Assembly (NCBI RefSeq): GCF_032444005.1
Contig: NC_091282.1
Location: 663,462,001 to 663,526,000, forward strand
Source of the DNA: Ranitomeya imitator
Taxonomy: Eukaryota
Direction: 5' to 3'
DNA length: 64,000 nucleotides
Shown: in pieces, positions 22,069-34,560 of the stretch
How the letters are laid out: the number at the start of each line of letters is the position of its first letter
Position numbering within the stretch: position 1 is the stretch's first letter
The notes under the pieces: generated by a model
What the model saw: only the letters and a program-made list of their open reading frames with translations
Told to the model about the DNA's origin: nothing
Database searches by the model: none
Translations under genes and position numbers: made by a program

Positions 22069-23850
22069 ATAAACCAAAAAGAAACAAGGATCCCTAAAAA
22101 ATAACTTCCATATAAGTAGCCGAAATCAGCCCTTGGGCACTGCTTGGGGACAATATGACAACAGCTGATTTCGGCTACTTATATGGAACCATCTGAAATT
22201 CTGGTAGTTTTGTGATCTACACCACGGGAGACTCCAGTGAATAGATAAGTACATTGGTGGCTATCTATACCCTGTTGCTTATCTAACTGTATTAATTGGA
22301 TGATTGAGTCCTTTTATTTCATCATATGCATATGTTGAGGAGTCTCTCCACATATATATATATTGGGTGTGATCCTTTGTTTTCCTACCAGGAATTTCCA
22401 GTTATTTAGTCCACTTTTTGTTCAATATCTAAATACTGCTATATTAATATAGTGAGATTAGTGCGGACATTTGTCTGCTATTTTGATACTCCTGTCTACT
22501 ATTTTTTGGTTATTAATCAAGTTTATTGTAATTAATCTGGAGGACGAGTATTAGTCCTGACATACTAGGACAGTGTGAAAAGTTTGGACAACATTTGACA
22601 GGATAAGTGTGGACGTTATTTAACTAGATATAGGAGTGTGTATAATGATATCTTATTGTTTATCATAGGCATTAATATGCTTTTTATTCTATTTGGACAA
22701 AATATATATCTTTACTGCACTCCATATACCCGTTGGTGGGTCTAATCATCTGACTGTACTTCATTAGGTGGGCATGGCTTTTTTAGACATTGTGCTTTAC
22801 AGCGCTCCTGCTCTTGTACTTAGATGAAATACATTGATTCATATTATTGTGAGGGAGGAGTTGCTTTGTAGATACTGCACTTTTCATTGCCCCCTCTGGT
22901 ATATTGACCAATTACATATACATATATTATTATTTGTGTTTTTTCCTTTTTTTGGGGGTTATTTTTTGCATTTTGTTGTGTTTTTTTCTCTCACGGGTAT
23001 TGGAGTAGTATGTGGGACAACATCTTTTGTCTATCTCTTTATTTAGGGATTGTAAGGGACCCTAGGGTCAGCCGTCGTTGAGTGGGGGCGCCTACCGCAG
23101 TAAATTAGGGTGCCAACCTCCACTGACAGGCAGTTGTTAATTTGCAGGTTCATATAGGGATTACCAGCCTTTTTCCTCATTATAGGTTACTTCTAGGGCA
23201 TGGTAGGTTGAGCCGTCGAGGAGTGGGGGCGCCTACCGCGGTAAATTAGGGTGCCAACCTCCACTGCCAGGCAGGACTCATTGCAGATTGACGTAGGGTC
23301 TGAGTAGGTACATTTAATACTATTTTATCTTAAAATTTTTGATAAAGAATGGTCTTTTTAGATATATTATTAAAAGTTATTTTTTAGGGATCCTTGTTTC
23401 TTTTTGGTTAAGGGTACCGTCACACAGTGCAATTTTTATCGCTACGACGGCACGATTCGTGACGTTCGAGCGATATAGTTACGATATCGCAGTGTCTGAC
23501 ACGCTCCTGCGATCAGGGACCCCGCTGAGAATCGTACGTCGTAGCAGATCGTTTGAAACTTTCTTTCGTCGTCTAGTGTCCCGCTGTGGCGGCATGATCG
23601 CATGGTGTAACATATATCGTATACGATGTGCGCATAGTAACCAACGGCTTCTACATCGCACATACGCCATTAAATTATCGCTCCAGCGTCATAGATTGCA
23701 AAGTGTGACAGCAGTCTACGACGCTGGAGCGATATTGTTACGATGCTGGAGCGTCACGGATCGTACCGTTGTAGCGATGAAAATTGCACTGTGTGACGGT
23801 ACCCTTATACTCTTTTCTGGGATTCTAAAGGATTGCTGTTTGGTTTTGTT
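22069..23850. mobile_element. Unclassified insertion with a 17-bp TSD and inverted terminal segments (Penelope-like or other TPRT product)
   Basis: AAACATTAGGAGATAGT at 22052-22068 and 23851-23867. Perfect 36-bp inverted repeat at 22072-22107 and 23374-23409. Confidence 0.6.
23412..23804. mobile_element. PIF/Harbinger-type MITE
   Basis: TIRs GGGTACCGTCACACAGTGCAATTTT / AAAATTGCACTGTGTGACGGTACCC; TAA and TTA flanks; palindromic interior. Confidence 0.85.
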
Positions 23851-24653
23851 TAAACATTAGGAGATAGTCTGAAAAATAAATTGTGATAAAAGGAGCAGAC
23901 CAACACCTCCTCCTTGTCTACTGTCAGGTCTGGCAGTATGTGAAAATTATAGGTCACCATATGAGAAAGCAGCAGCAGTGCTGGTGTCCAACTGCTGGTT
24001 CCACGTTTCAGTGAGAACCAGAATGGTAAGGGAATTGAAAAGGAAACAGCACAGATTGAGCGGGCACCATCCAACACAATTACTAAAAGGGGATCACCTG
24101 ATGCCTGTAAATGTATCCAAGCACAGCACAAAAGAAAAGGACAGCATCATGAAAAATGGGATCACCACAAGTCAAATATCAAACAAATATACAACAATCT
24201 TTATTTAGACCACACCACACAAAAACTATGTTAACAACAATTAAAAACTCCCGCAAACACTGGGAGATAAGGGTCCATAAAGTGCAAAGTATAATACTGA
24301 AACAGCATTGGAGAGTCTAATCTTAAATGATGCCGGTAATTTTATACAAATAAACAGTTGGAAACATAGTAGAAAAGCCCTATGTGCATGCTGTGTCACT
24401 TATAAATAAACCACATACTCCCTCAAATAGGTGTGTGAGACACATTAGCCCATGCAGGCTTAAAAAGGTTTTGCAAAGTATCCAGAGGGACCTAACTAAA
24501 GGCGGCTGTAAAGTAGAAACAGAACCGCCCAGAATCCACTGTTAGAAAACCCCCATACCAAAACAAAAAGACTAGCGACCGGCTAGGTAAATGTCCAGAC
24601 TCTAACAATACATGACCCACGCGTATCGACGCTGGAGGCGTCTTCCTCAAGGT

Positions 24654-25587
24654 TAGGGTTGAGCGACCTTTACTTTTATATGATCGGGTTGGGTTTCACG
24701 AAACCCGACTTTTTCAAAAGTCGGGTCGAGTGAAATCGGCCGATCCTATAAAAAAGTTGGGGTCGGGGTCGGACGAAACCCGAAACCCAATGCAGTGCAT
24801 TGGGTTTCCATGGTTCCCAGGGTCTGAAGGAACGGAAACTCTCCTTCAGGCCCTGCGATCCATATTTTAGGGTAAAATAAAGAATTAAAATAAAAAATAT
24901 CGCAATACTTACCCTCTGACGCGCCCTGGTACCAGGTGACGTTTGCGGTGACGTCGCGGCTTGTGATTGGCCGCGTGGCCGCCCATGTGACCGCTCGCGC
25001 GGCCAATCAGAAGCCGTGACGTCACCGCGACGTCACCGAAGGTCCTGGAAGGGCTGATTCTTAGGAAGGAAGGCTGCCGGAAAGAAGCAGGGCGCGTCCG
25101 AGGGTGAGTATATTCCTATTAGGTATATACTCACCCTCGGACGCGCCCTGCTTCTTTCCGGCAGCCTTCCTTCCTAAGAATCAGCCCTTCCAGGACCTTC
25201 GGTGACGTCGCGGTGACGTCACGGCTTGTGATTGGCCGCGCGAGCGGTCACATGGGTGGCCGCGCGGCCAATCACAAGCCGCGACGTCACCGCGAACGTC
25301 ACCGCAAGGTCCTGGAAGGCTGTTTCTAAGGAAGGAAGGTTCCCGGTTGGTACCAGGGCGCGTCAGAGGGTAAGTATTGCGATATTTTTTATTTTACACT
25401 TAAATCTGAATTCCGATACCAATTCCCGATATAAACATATCGGGAATCGGTATCGGAATTCCGATTCTAGATTCAAAAGCTCGCCGACTTCATGGCCGAC
25501 CCCACACAGGGGTCGGGTTTCATGAAACCCGACTTTGCCAAAAGTCGGCGACTTTTGAATATTTTCGACCCGTTTCGCTCAACCCTA
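24654..25587. mobile_element. Non-autonomous hAT (MITE), 934 bp
   Basis: TIRs TAGGGTTGAGCGA / TCGCTCAACCCTA; 8-bp TSD CTCAAGGT at 24646-24653 and 25588-25595. Confidence 0.93.
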
Positions 25588-25607
25588 CTCAAGGTCCTTG
25601 GTCCTTG

Positions 25608-25648
25608 GACCTTGAGGAAGACGCCTCCAGCGTCGATACGCGTGGGTC
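25608..25648 (+). ncRNA. Degenerate minimal type I hammerhead ribozyme (mirror copy on the minus strand at about 24614-24653)
   Basis: GACC-TTGAGGA-A-GACGC(ctcca)GCGTC-GAT-ACGCGT-G-GGTC. Stems I and II and the palindromic stem III are intact; the catalytic core is mutated. Confidence 0.62.
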
Positions 25649-27411
25649 ATGTATTGTTAGAGTCTGGACATTTACCTAGCCGGTCGCTAGTCTTTTTGTT
25701 GTGGTATGGGGGTTTTCTAACAGTGGATTCTGGGCGGTTCTGTTTCTACTTTACAGCCGCCTTTAGTTAGGTCCCTCTGGATACTTTGCAAAACCTTTTT
25801 AAGCCTGCATGGGCTAATGTGTCTCACACACCTATTTGAGGGAGTATGTGGTTTATTTATAAGTGACACAGCATGCACATAGGGCTTTTCTACTATGTTT
25901 CCAACTGTTTATTTGTATAAAATTACCGGCATCATTTAAGATTAGACTCTCCAATGCTGTTTCAGTATTATACTTTGCACTTTATGGACCCTTATCTCCC
26001 AGTGTTTGCGGGAGTTTTTAATTGTTTTTAACATAGTTTTTGTGTGGTGTGGTCTAAATAAAGATTGTTGTATATTTGTTTGATATTTGACTTGTGGTGA
26101 TCCCATTTTTCATGACGCTGTCCTTTTCTCTTGTGCTGTGCTTGGAATTGAAAAGGAAGAAGTCTTGGATGTAGGGGAGTTTCTTACACACTAAAGACAT
26201 GCACGGAATGTTGATAAGATTAGCAGGGTTTCTATGTGCAAAAGAAAGTGGAAGGAGGTCTACGGTAAGGGGAGATTTTATGTTCGACTAAAAGGAGTAT
26301 AGAGAGAAAGAGCAGGTGGTTCTGTGATTTGTGTGAAAGTTTTGTGTGCTATATGGTGGTAATAGATGGTTTGGAGTTTTTCAGAAAAATGAGTAGAGCC
26401 TGAGCACTGTACATGGGAGATGGAAGGAGAGAGGGACTCATGTGGAGAAAGTGCACAGAATGTGCAAAAGGGCAGTAGTTGTGAAAGAAGGCAGCAGCTA
26501 CGACATGGATGAGTTAAAGATACATGGAAAATAAATAATGCAGTACAAGTGAACATGAAGTATGTTTGTTCAAATATCTTGCATCCACTAACCTGTCTCC
26601 TTCCCTGTCGAACTGTCATGTTAAACTGCTGTGCACTTTGAAGATATTGCACTTAGAAAGATATTGCACACTATCACACGTGCACCCAGCATCTGCATAA
26701 TTTCCCCATTCATCAGCTTGCATCTGTGTGCTGACTAAGCAATAAAGAGAGGGAATCCATCTCTCTCTGAGCCTTGATGTCTTAGGGAAACATCATAGCA
26801 GCTAGCCTCCTCCCACTAGCTCATAGTCAATTGCAAATTAAGAGATAGAGCTTGCAGGAAAGAAAACAAGTAAAAAAAAGTCTTATAAAGGCCAGATATA
26901 ATATAATTCCTGTGTGCACTCAAAGGGAAGCTTATACTGAAAAGTTACTTGAAAGAACAGTCACCGTCACCCTTTAAGAGTTCTGGGTTGGCAGGGCATT
27001 GATGAAGAAGATAATTGATTCTCACTGACCCTTTAGCAGGCTGGAAGATGACACTATCATGCACCCAAAGACACAATAGAAGTCTCAGCAGCAGGGTAGT
27101 GGTAGTGAGCAAGAGACCTTCCCGAGGGTCAAGGGGAGATCAGTGAAAGTTGTGCCAGGTTATGAACAGAGATGAGTGAATATTTCAATAATCGGTATGG
27201 ATTACAATTGCTGAATTTGCAATATTCGCCAAATTATTCATCAAATATTTGCCAAACATAGCCGAATGCCTTTGGAGTCAATGGAGGCAAAAACAAATGT
27301 ATACACAACACCTTCAAACATTCACAAAAGCTGAAAAAACACATCAAATTAGGGGCAGACACCAGGAAAGTGGCCTCAATTCAGCCACAGTTCAAATTTT
27401 AGAATGGCATG

Positions 27412-28206
27412 TGTTATGACCTGGTGGTTAGGAGCACCAGGAATGACCTGATAGTTAAAACTCACACAGGACAAGCTCTGGGATGTGGGAGCTCTGCTGA
27501 CCGCAATCCCTAATCCTATCACACACACTAGAAATAGCCGTGGAGCGCTCCTGACGCTCCCTAGGCGCCTCGTCACAGCCTAAGAGCTAGCTAGCCCTAG
27601 AGATAGAAAATAAAGCCTACCTTGCCTCAGAGAAATTCCCCAAAGGAAAAGGCAGCCCCCCACATATATTGACTGTGAGTAAAGATGAAAGTCACAAACG
27701 CAGAAATGAAACAGGTTTCAGCAAAGGGAGGCCAGACTTACTAAATAGACAGAGGATAGGAAAGGTAGCTTTGCGATCAGCACAAAAAACTACAAAAGAC
27801 CACGCAGAGTGTGCAAAAAGACCTCCACACCGACTAACGGTGCGGAGATGCCACTCTGCATCCCAGAGCTTCCAGCTAGCAAGACAAAATCATGATATCC
27901 AGCTGGACAAGAAAACAATGAACGAATTAGATACTATCAGGAACTTAGCTTCTGCTGGAGTAGACAGGTCACCAGAAAGATCCAAGAGCGAACTGAACCA
28001 ATGCAGAAACATTGACAGCTGGCATGGAGTAACGATCTAAGTGGAGTTAAATAGAGAAGCCAACCAAAGGATAAACCACGTCACCTGTGTAAGGAACCTC
28101 AGAAGCAGCAGCTCCACTGACAGCCACCAGAGGGAGCCCACGGACAGAACTCACCGAAGTACCATTCACGACCACAGGAGGGAGCTTGACAACAGAATTC
28201 ACAACA
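27412..28206. mobile_element. Solo LTR (795 bp)
   Basis: TGTTATG...CACAACA termini; GGCATG duplicated at 27406-27411 and 28207-28212. Confidence 0.8.
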
Positions 28207-29099
28207 GGCATGGTAGCAATCAGCCATGCATAAGGTATCAGGGTCTGGTCCAGCATTTACAGCTTTGAATTGAGCTTCAAATTAAGATGAGGTTGGTGAG
28301 GGATTGGTGTAGGCTTGCTGTACTGGGAGCCCTGATACCTCATGCAACACCACTACCTGCTTTTATGCTCAGCCACACTCAGGTTGCACAAATATCCATT
28401 AGTAGACTACTATTATCAGAAAAAAGTAAGGATAGTAACACGGGTAGTAGACTCAAAGGCAGAGGAGGGCTAGTATAGTGGGAACCAACACCTCTTCCAC
28501 TACAGCCAACCCAGCAGATGGAGACTGTAACGGGCAAGGTAAGGAAACCACTGTGCTGTATCCCTCAGAAAGCCTGGAGGGGTGTAACTAGACGGCCTAC
28601 CAAATCCAAATCCCAACTCAGGTAAGTAGCAGCAGGTGAAAACCGTGACCCAAGGAGGGACAAGGAGGTGGCACCAGGTGCTACTCCAGGGGTGACCTAC
28701 AGTGGGTGGCAGCTGGACCCCTATAGCGAGTAGGCTGGCACTGCCGTAAGGAGGGATGAAGAAAGCAGGAATGCACTGTAGGGAGAGTGGCAGGTGTGAG
28801 CTGGACTGCGTGTTACACAGATGGGCGCTGGCAAGTGCGGACTGGAGTGGATTTTCCACAGATAGGCACTGTCAGGGGACACATTAAGGCAATGCGCACT
28901 GTCACTTTAAGAGGGAGTGTGCAAGCTAGTGTGCTGTAAGCATAGTGCCTGAGCCTACAACTGAACCTTGGTGGACACCAACACATAGGGGGTGAGATGA
29001 GGAGGTGGTGTGTGAGTGAGAGACAATGAATGTCCTTTCTGTTAGGTGCAAGGAGGTCCAACAAAAGGCCAAGTCTGTAATGGCAATACATCAGAAAGT

Positions 29100-29480
29100 C
29101 TATAGTAAGAGAGAATGGTTCCCTGTGTCAAAGGCAGATGCCAGGTCCAGGAGAATGAGGAGGACAAACTAGCGACACTTGGATTTGGTGGTTAGTATGT
29201 CGTTGGTGACTTTAGTCAGGGCAGTTTCTGTGGAATGATGCAGTTGGAAGTAAGATTGTAAGCAGTCAAAGAGGGAGCAAAAGTAGAAGTGGGAGGACAG
29301 TTCAACATGGACGTGTTGTTCCACTAATTTGAAGGCATAGGGGAGAAGTGAGATGGGGTGATAGCTAGACACAGAGGATGAGTCAAGGGAGGGCTTTTTG
29401 CAGATGGGTGTGATCAAGGTATGTTTGAATCATGAGGGGAAAGCATCAGTTGTTAGTGACAGGTTGAAGAGGTGGGTTAT
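29100..29480 (-). pseudogene. L2 LINE RT fragment
   Basis: ITPICKKPSLD..YHPISLLP..KLVE..HHSTETALTKVTNDIL (ORF 29169-29417). Confidence 0.85.
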
Positions 29481-29582
29481 CCTGTAGAAAACTTGGCACT
29501 CAGGTAAATATAAGCAGATAATTTTATTTTGTGCAGGCAAACCAAGGTCCTTCATCAGTCAGACTTCATATAAAAAGCAAAA

Positions 29583-29624
<42 letters not shown>

Positions 29625-29625
<1 letters not shown>

Positions 29626-32378
29626 TAGCTATTGAACCCGTTCTATGCCCGGGTGGCTAGCATCTATATTGGTATATGGTCTCCATCCTGGTATGTGCTG
29701 CTCCATCCTGCGTCCCCATCCTGTCATGAGCTGCTCCATCCTGCGTCCCCATCCTGACATGTGCTGCACCCATCCTGCACCCCCATTCTGACATGTGCTG
29801 CTCCCATCCTGCACCCCCATTCTGACATGTGCTGCTCCATCCTGCGTCCCCATCCTGTCATGTGCTGCACCCATCCTGCACCCCCATCCTGCCATGTGTT
29901 GCACCCATCTTGCGCCCCCATTCTGTCATGTGTTGCACCCATCCTGCGCCCCCATTCTGTCATGTGCTGCTTCCATCCTGCGCCCCCATTGTGACATGTG
30001 CTGCTCCCATCCTGCGCCCCCATTCTGACATGTTCTGCACCCATCTTGCGCCCCCATTCTGTCACGTGTTGCACCCATCCTGCGCCCCCATTCTGTCATG
30101 TGCTGCTCCCCTCCTGCGCCCCCATTGTGACATGTGCTGCACCCATCCTGCACCTCCATTCTGACATATTCTGCACCCATCTTGCGCCTCCATTCTGTCA
30201 TTTGCAGTTCCCATCCTGTCATGTGCTGCTCCCATCCTGTGCCCCCGTTCTGTCATGTGCTGCTCCCATCCTGTGCCGCCGTTCTTTCATGGGCTGCTCC
30301 CATCCTGCGCCCCTGTTCTGTCATGTGCTGCTCCCATCCTGCGCCCGTTCTGTCATGTGCTGCTGCCATCCTGCGCCCCCGTTCTGTCATGTGCTGCTCC
30401 CATCCTGCGCCCCCATTCTGTCATGTGCTGCTGCCATCGTGCGCCCGTTCTGTCATGTGCTGTTCCCATCCTGCGCCCCGTTCTGTCATGTGCTGCTCCC
30501 ATCCTGTGCCCCTGTTCTTTCATGTGCTGCTCCCATCCTGCGCCCCTGTTCTGTCATGTGCTGCTCCCATCCTGCGCCCGTTCTGTCATGTGCTGCTGCC
30601 ATCCTGCGCCCCCGTTCTGTCATGTGCTGCGGCCATCCTGTGCCCCCGTTCTGTCATGTGCTGCTCCCATCCTGCGCCCCTGTTCTGTCATGTGCTGCTC
30701 CCATCCTGCGCCCTCGTTCTGTCATGTGCTGCTCCCATCCTGTGCCCCCGTTCTGTCATGTCCTGCTGCCATCCTGCGCCCCCGTTCTGTCATGTGCTGC
30801 TCCCATCCTGCGCCCCTGTTCTGTCATGTGCTGCTCCCATCCTGCACCCCTGTTCTGTCATGTGCTGCTCCCATCTTGCGTCCCCGTTCTGTCATGTGCT
30901 GCTCCCATCCTGCGCCCCCGTTCTGTCATGTGCTGCTCCCATCCTGCACCCCTGTTCTGTCATGTGCTGCTCCCATCTTGCGTCCCCGTTCTGTCATGTG
31001 CTGCTCCCATCCTGCGCCCCCGTTCTGTCATGTGCTGCTCCCATCCTGCGCCCCTGTTCTGTCATGTGCTGCTCCTATCTTGCACCCCTGTTCTGTCATG
31101 TGCTGCTCCCATCCTGCGCCCCCGTTCTGTCATGTGCTGCTCCCATCCTGCGCCCCCGTTCTGTCATGTCCTGCTGCCATCCTGCGCCCCCGTTCTGTCA
31201 TGTGCTGCTCCCATCCTGCGCCCCTGTTCTGTCATGTGCTGCTCCCATCCTGCACCCCTGTTCTGTCATGTGCTGCTCCCATCTTGCGCCCCCGTTCTGT
31301 CATGTGCTGCTCCCATCCTGCGCCCCCGTTCTGTCATGTGCTGCTCCCATGCTGCGCCCTTGTTCTGTCATGTGCTGCTCCCATCTAGCGCCCCCATTCT
31401 GTCATGTGCTGCTGCCATCCTGCGCCCGTTCTGTCATGTGCTGCTGCCATCCTGCGCCGTTCTGTCATGTGCTGCTACCATCCTGCGCCCGTTCTGTCAT
31501 GTGCTGCTACCATCCTGCGCCCGTTCTGTCATGTGCTGCTCCCATCCTGCGCCCCTGTTCTGTCATGTGTTGCTGCCATCCTGCGCCCCCGTTCTGTCAT
31601 ATGCTGCTACCATCCTGTGCCCGTTCTGTCATGTGCTGCTGCCATCCTGCGCCCGTTCTGTCATGTGCTGCTGCCATCCTGCGCCGTTCTGTCATGTGCT
31701 GCTACCATTCTGCGCCCGTTCTGTCATGTGCTGCTGCCATCCTGTGCCCGTTCTGTCATGTGCTGCTCCCATCCTGCGCCCCTGTTCTGTCATGTGCTGC
31801 TCCCATCCTGCGCCACCATTGTATTATATGCCCCCCATAAGATGATCCATTATATATGCCCCGTATGCTGCTGCCATATATATAAAAAAAAAAATACCAT
31901 ACTCACCTATCGTCGCTGGGCACCGAGTGCTGGGGGCCTGAGAAGGCGGGGACACCGGCGCGCTGTGGGGGTCAGGTGTCGGAGTCACCGCTAGCTCAGG
32001 CCCCCAGTACTTGCTATACTCACCTGTCTGTCCTGTTCCAGCGCTGCGCGCCGCCATCTTCCGGCTCCTCTGGCTGTGACTGTTCAGTCAGAGGGCGGCA
32101 CCGGCGCGCATTAAGCGCGTCATCGCGCCCTCTGAACTGGGAACGTCACAGCAGAGGACCCGGGAGCCGCACACAGCGCTGGAACGGGGGACAGGTGAAT
32201 ATACTTACCCTCCTGGCGGTCCCTGACTCTCCGGTGGAGATCGCGGTGAGCATTCAGTGTTTACGCATACCGCGATCTCCTGGGAGCGTCACTCTGTGAG
32301 GCCGAGACTGCGCCGGCGCTTGCGCTTGCGCAGTCTATAAAGGCTTCGGACAGAGTGACGCTCCCAGCGTTATATTAT

Positions 32379-32381
<3 letters not shown>
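29625..32381 (-). mobile_element. Non-autonomous Helitron inserted into a (TA)n tract
   Basis: Minus strand reads A|TC...CTAG|T. Hairpin CCCG-ggcatagaa-CGGG lies 7 nt before the CTAG. No TSD. 17-bp subterminal inverted repeat at 32280-32296 and 32351-32367. Confidence 0.78.
29690..31812. repeat. GC-rich minisatellite, ~31-34-bp unit (TGTCATGTGCTGCTCCCATCCTGCGCCCCCGTTC), about 60 copies
   Basis: Directly visible tandem array; it generates the long spurious Cys/His/Pro ORFs. Confidence 0.97.
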
Positions 32382-32409
<28 letters not shown>

Positions 32410-32425
<16 letters not shown>

Positions 32426-32500
32426 CAATGAAATAAAATAAAAAACTAAATGCAAAATGTTTCGGTCCTACAATGACCTTCATCAGTCAGACTGCAAAAG

Positions 32501-32551
<51 letters not shown>

Positions 32552-33485
32552 TGTATATACAATGAAAAAAAATAAAAAAACAAAATGCAAGTCAGATGTC
32601 AGGATGGTATAATATAACATACCACAAATCCACCAAGTAAAAATAGAAATCATCAGTCAAAAAGATGGAGGGGGGCAGAATGAAGTGAGTCCTATCCAAA
32701 GGCAAAGAAAAAGAGAGAAAAGGAACAAAATTGGAAGAAAAAGAGGGAAACCGAAACAAAAAAATTAAGAACTCATGCTGACTTACTGCAGCTAAAGACA
32801 TACAGACTGACAAATCTAGACAGATCTCTCTATGGCAGTGAATGACTCAATAAACACATTCATTAGGGTGAGAGGCCAGTGAAAGCTCTGGACAATGCAC
32901 AAGTGACACAATCCATAGAATGCAAACAACGAAAGTGGGAAAGAGAGAAAGCACCATATGGTCTTAACTGGCAAGGAAAGGGATCCACTCACCTTATTTA
33001 GTTGCTACAAAGCAACATGTAACTGGCATGAAATCAGCTGCTGCAAAGACATCGGTCACTAGAAGGACCAATCAGAGGAAAACGATCGGAGGGGGAAGTC
33101 ACTCCTGCGCTGCTGCTGATGAATCCACAATGCTTACCAATGGATAATTTATTCATCAAACAGGTTTAAAGGGTCAACGCATTTCGAGATTGCGTAGGAC
33201 ATTTAAACAGGACGTAAACCTGATTACTTCCCTTTTTCCTTGGAAGATTTGTGCTTCCTTATATTATCCCACCCTGACATCTGATTTGCATTTTGTTTTC
33301 TTTTGTTTTTTACTGTATGTACATAATTATATATATATTTTTTTGCTTTTTATATGCAGTCTGACTGATGAAGGTCATTGTAGGACGAAATGTTTCTTTA
33401 TTTTTAGGTTGCCTGCACAAAATAAAATTACCTGCTTACAACACTTACCTGAGTGCCAAGTTTTCCACAAAATTTACATGGGATA
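32410..33485. mobile_element. Penelope-like remnant with inverted degenerate hammerhead motifs; related piece at 29484-29585
   Basis: CTGATGAAGGTC-attgtag-GAC(C)GAAA on the minus strand at about 32455-32495 and on the plus strand at about 33358-33395. Segment 29488-29545 matches about 33410-33465 in inverted orientation. Confidence 0.6.
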
Positions 33486-33738
33486 GGATCCTACTTGTGC
33501 ACCATCTGCAGGAGTGCCAGAATCACTATTTTTGAAACGATGGGTTAGGCTTGGGATGAAGACTGTGGTAAGGTTTGGAATGAGATGTTATTGGGTCAAG
33601 TTCACAGGTGGTGAGACGTGATTTGGAGAGTAAAAAGGAAAGTTGATCTTCCGTAATGGTGAAGTTGGTTTTGGGGAAGGAGAGTTGAGTACTTACGAGG
33701 AAGGGCTGTGAGGAATTTAAGCAAAAGCTTTTCCTTAA

Positions 33739-34560
33739 CCCCTTCCCGACTGGTGACGCCACGTAGGCGTCATGAAAGACGGTACCAATAAGACCCTGTG
33801 ATGCCTACGTGGCATCATGGCAGGATCGCGTTCCTGCAGATTGGGTGAAAGGGTTAACTGAAATTTCACCCGACCTGCAGGGATAAGGGGAGTGGTACTT
33901 GAGCCCAGGGGGTGGCTTCGCCCCTCCATTGCTACGATCGCTCTGATTGGCTGTTGAAAGTGACGTTTCACTTTCAGTCAGAGCAATCGTAGTATTTCAC
34001 CAATGGAAATTGGTGAAATATTACAATCCAGCCATGGCCGAAGCTGCAATATCATCGACCAAGGCTGGAGACCACGATCTGCCCCTGCCCCGCCACCGAT
34101 CTCCTCCCCTCCATCCTCAGTCCTGTCCTCCACTCCCATCTGTCCTCCTGTCTGCTCCCCCGTGCTCCAATCCCACCCCTCATACTTACCAACCTCCGGT
34201 GTCCCTCCCGGTCTCCGTCCATCTTCTGCATGGTCGCCGCCATCTTCCAAAATGGCAGGCGCATGCACAGTGCTCCCGCTGAATCTGCCAGCCGGCAGAT
34301 TCATTCATTTTGATCACTGTGATAGATCATATCACAGTGATAATAAAAAAATAGTAAATAACCCCCCCCCTCCTTTATTACCCCCATAGGTAGGGAACAT
34401 AATAAAATAAAGAAAATATATTTATTTTTATTTTTCCACTAGGGTTAGGGTTAGAACTAAGGTTAGGGTTAGAACTAGTTTTAGGGTTAGGGTTGCAATT
34501 AGGGTTGGGGTTGCAGTTAGAATTAGCGTTAGGGTTAGAATTAGGCTATGTGCACATGGT
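33739..34560 (+). mobile_element. Truncated TTAA-type (piggyBac-like) non-autonomous element with TTAGGG-like repeats at 34440-34545
   Basis: TTAA|CCCCTTCCCGAC start; degenerate (TTAGGG/TTAGAA)n tract; no right end found. Confidence 0.5.

Larger units (their letters stand above)
24046..26143. mobile_element. Penelope-like inverted (palindromic) insertion with ~540-bp arms
   Basis: Arms 24116-24653 and about 25607-26146 are reverse complements. 15-bp direct repeat GGAATTGAAAAGGAA at 24031-24045 and 26144-26158. A hammerhead-like fold occurs in each arm. Confidence 0.75.
20096..26600 (-). mobile_element. Decayed L2 (CR1-group) LINE split by two later insertions (22069-23850 and 24046-26143)
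   Basis: Minus-strand [13 protein letters not shown] near 20640-20680. Endonuclease MGDFNIP near 21880-21901. RQGGGVGLLL near 23890-23930. Ends are approximate. Confidence 0.75.

Noticed and set aside
28526-28817. TGTAAC...GTTACA-bounded segment as a small solo LTR
   Set aside because: No matching TSD and no partner copy; boundaries unsupported
29690-31812. CRISPR-like periodic array
   Set aside because: Units are contiguous with no unique spacers, there are no cas genes, and the context is eukaryotic
29629-31994. Long Cys/His/Pro-rich ORFs (615, 568, 377 aa and others) resembling metallothionein or keratin-associated proteins
   Set aside because: They are translations of a stop-free minisatellite, open in several frames on both strands and lying inside a Helitron
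34440-34545. TTAGGG-like tract as an interstitial telomere or fusion site
   Set aside because: It is short, degenerate, in a single orientation and embedded in a non-autonomous transposon
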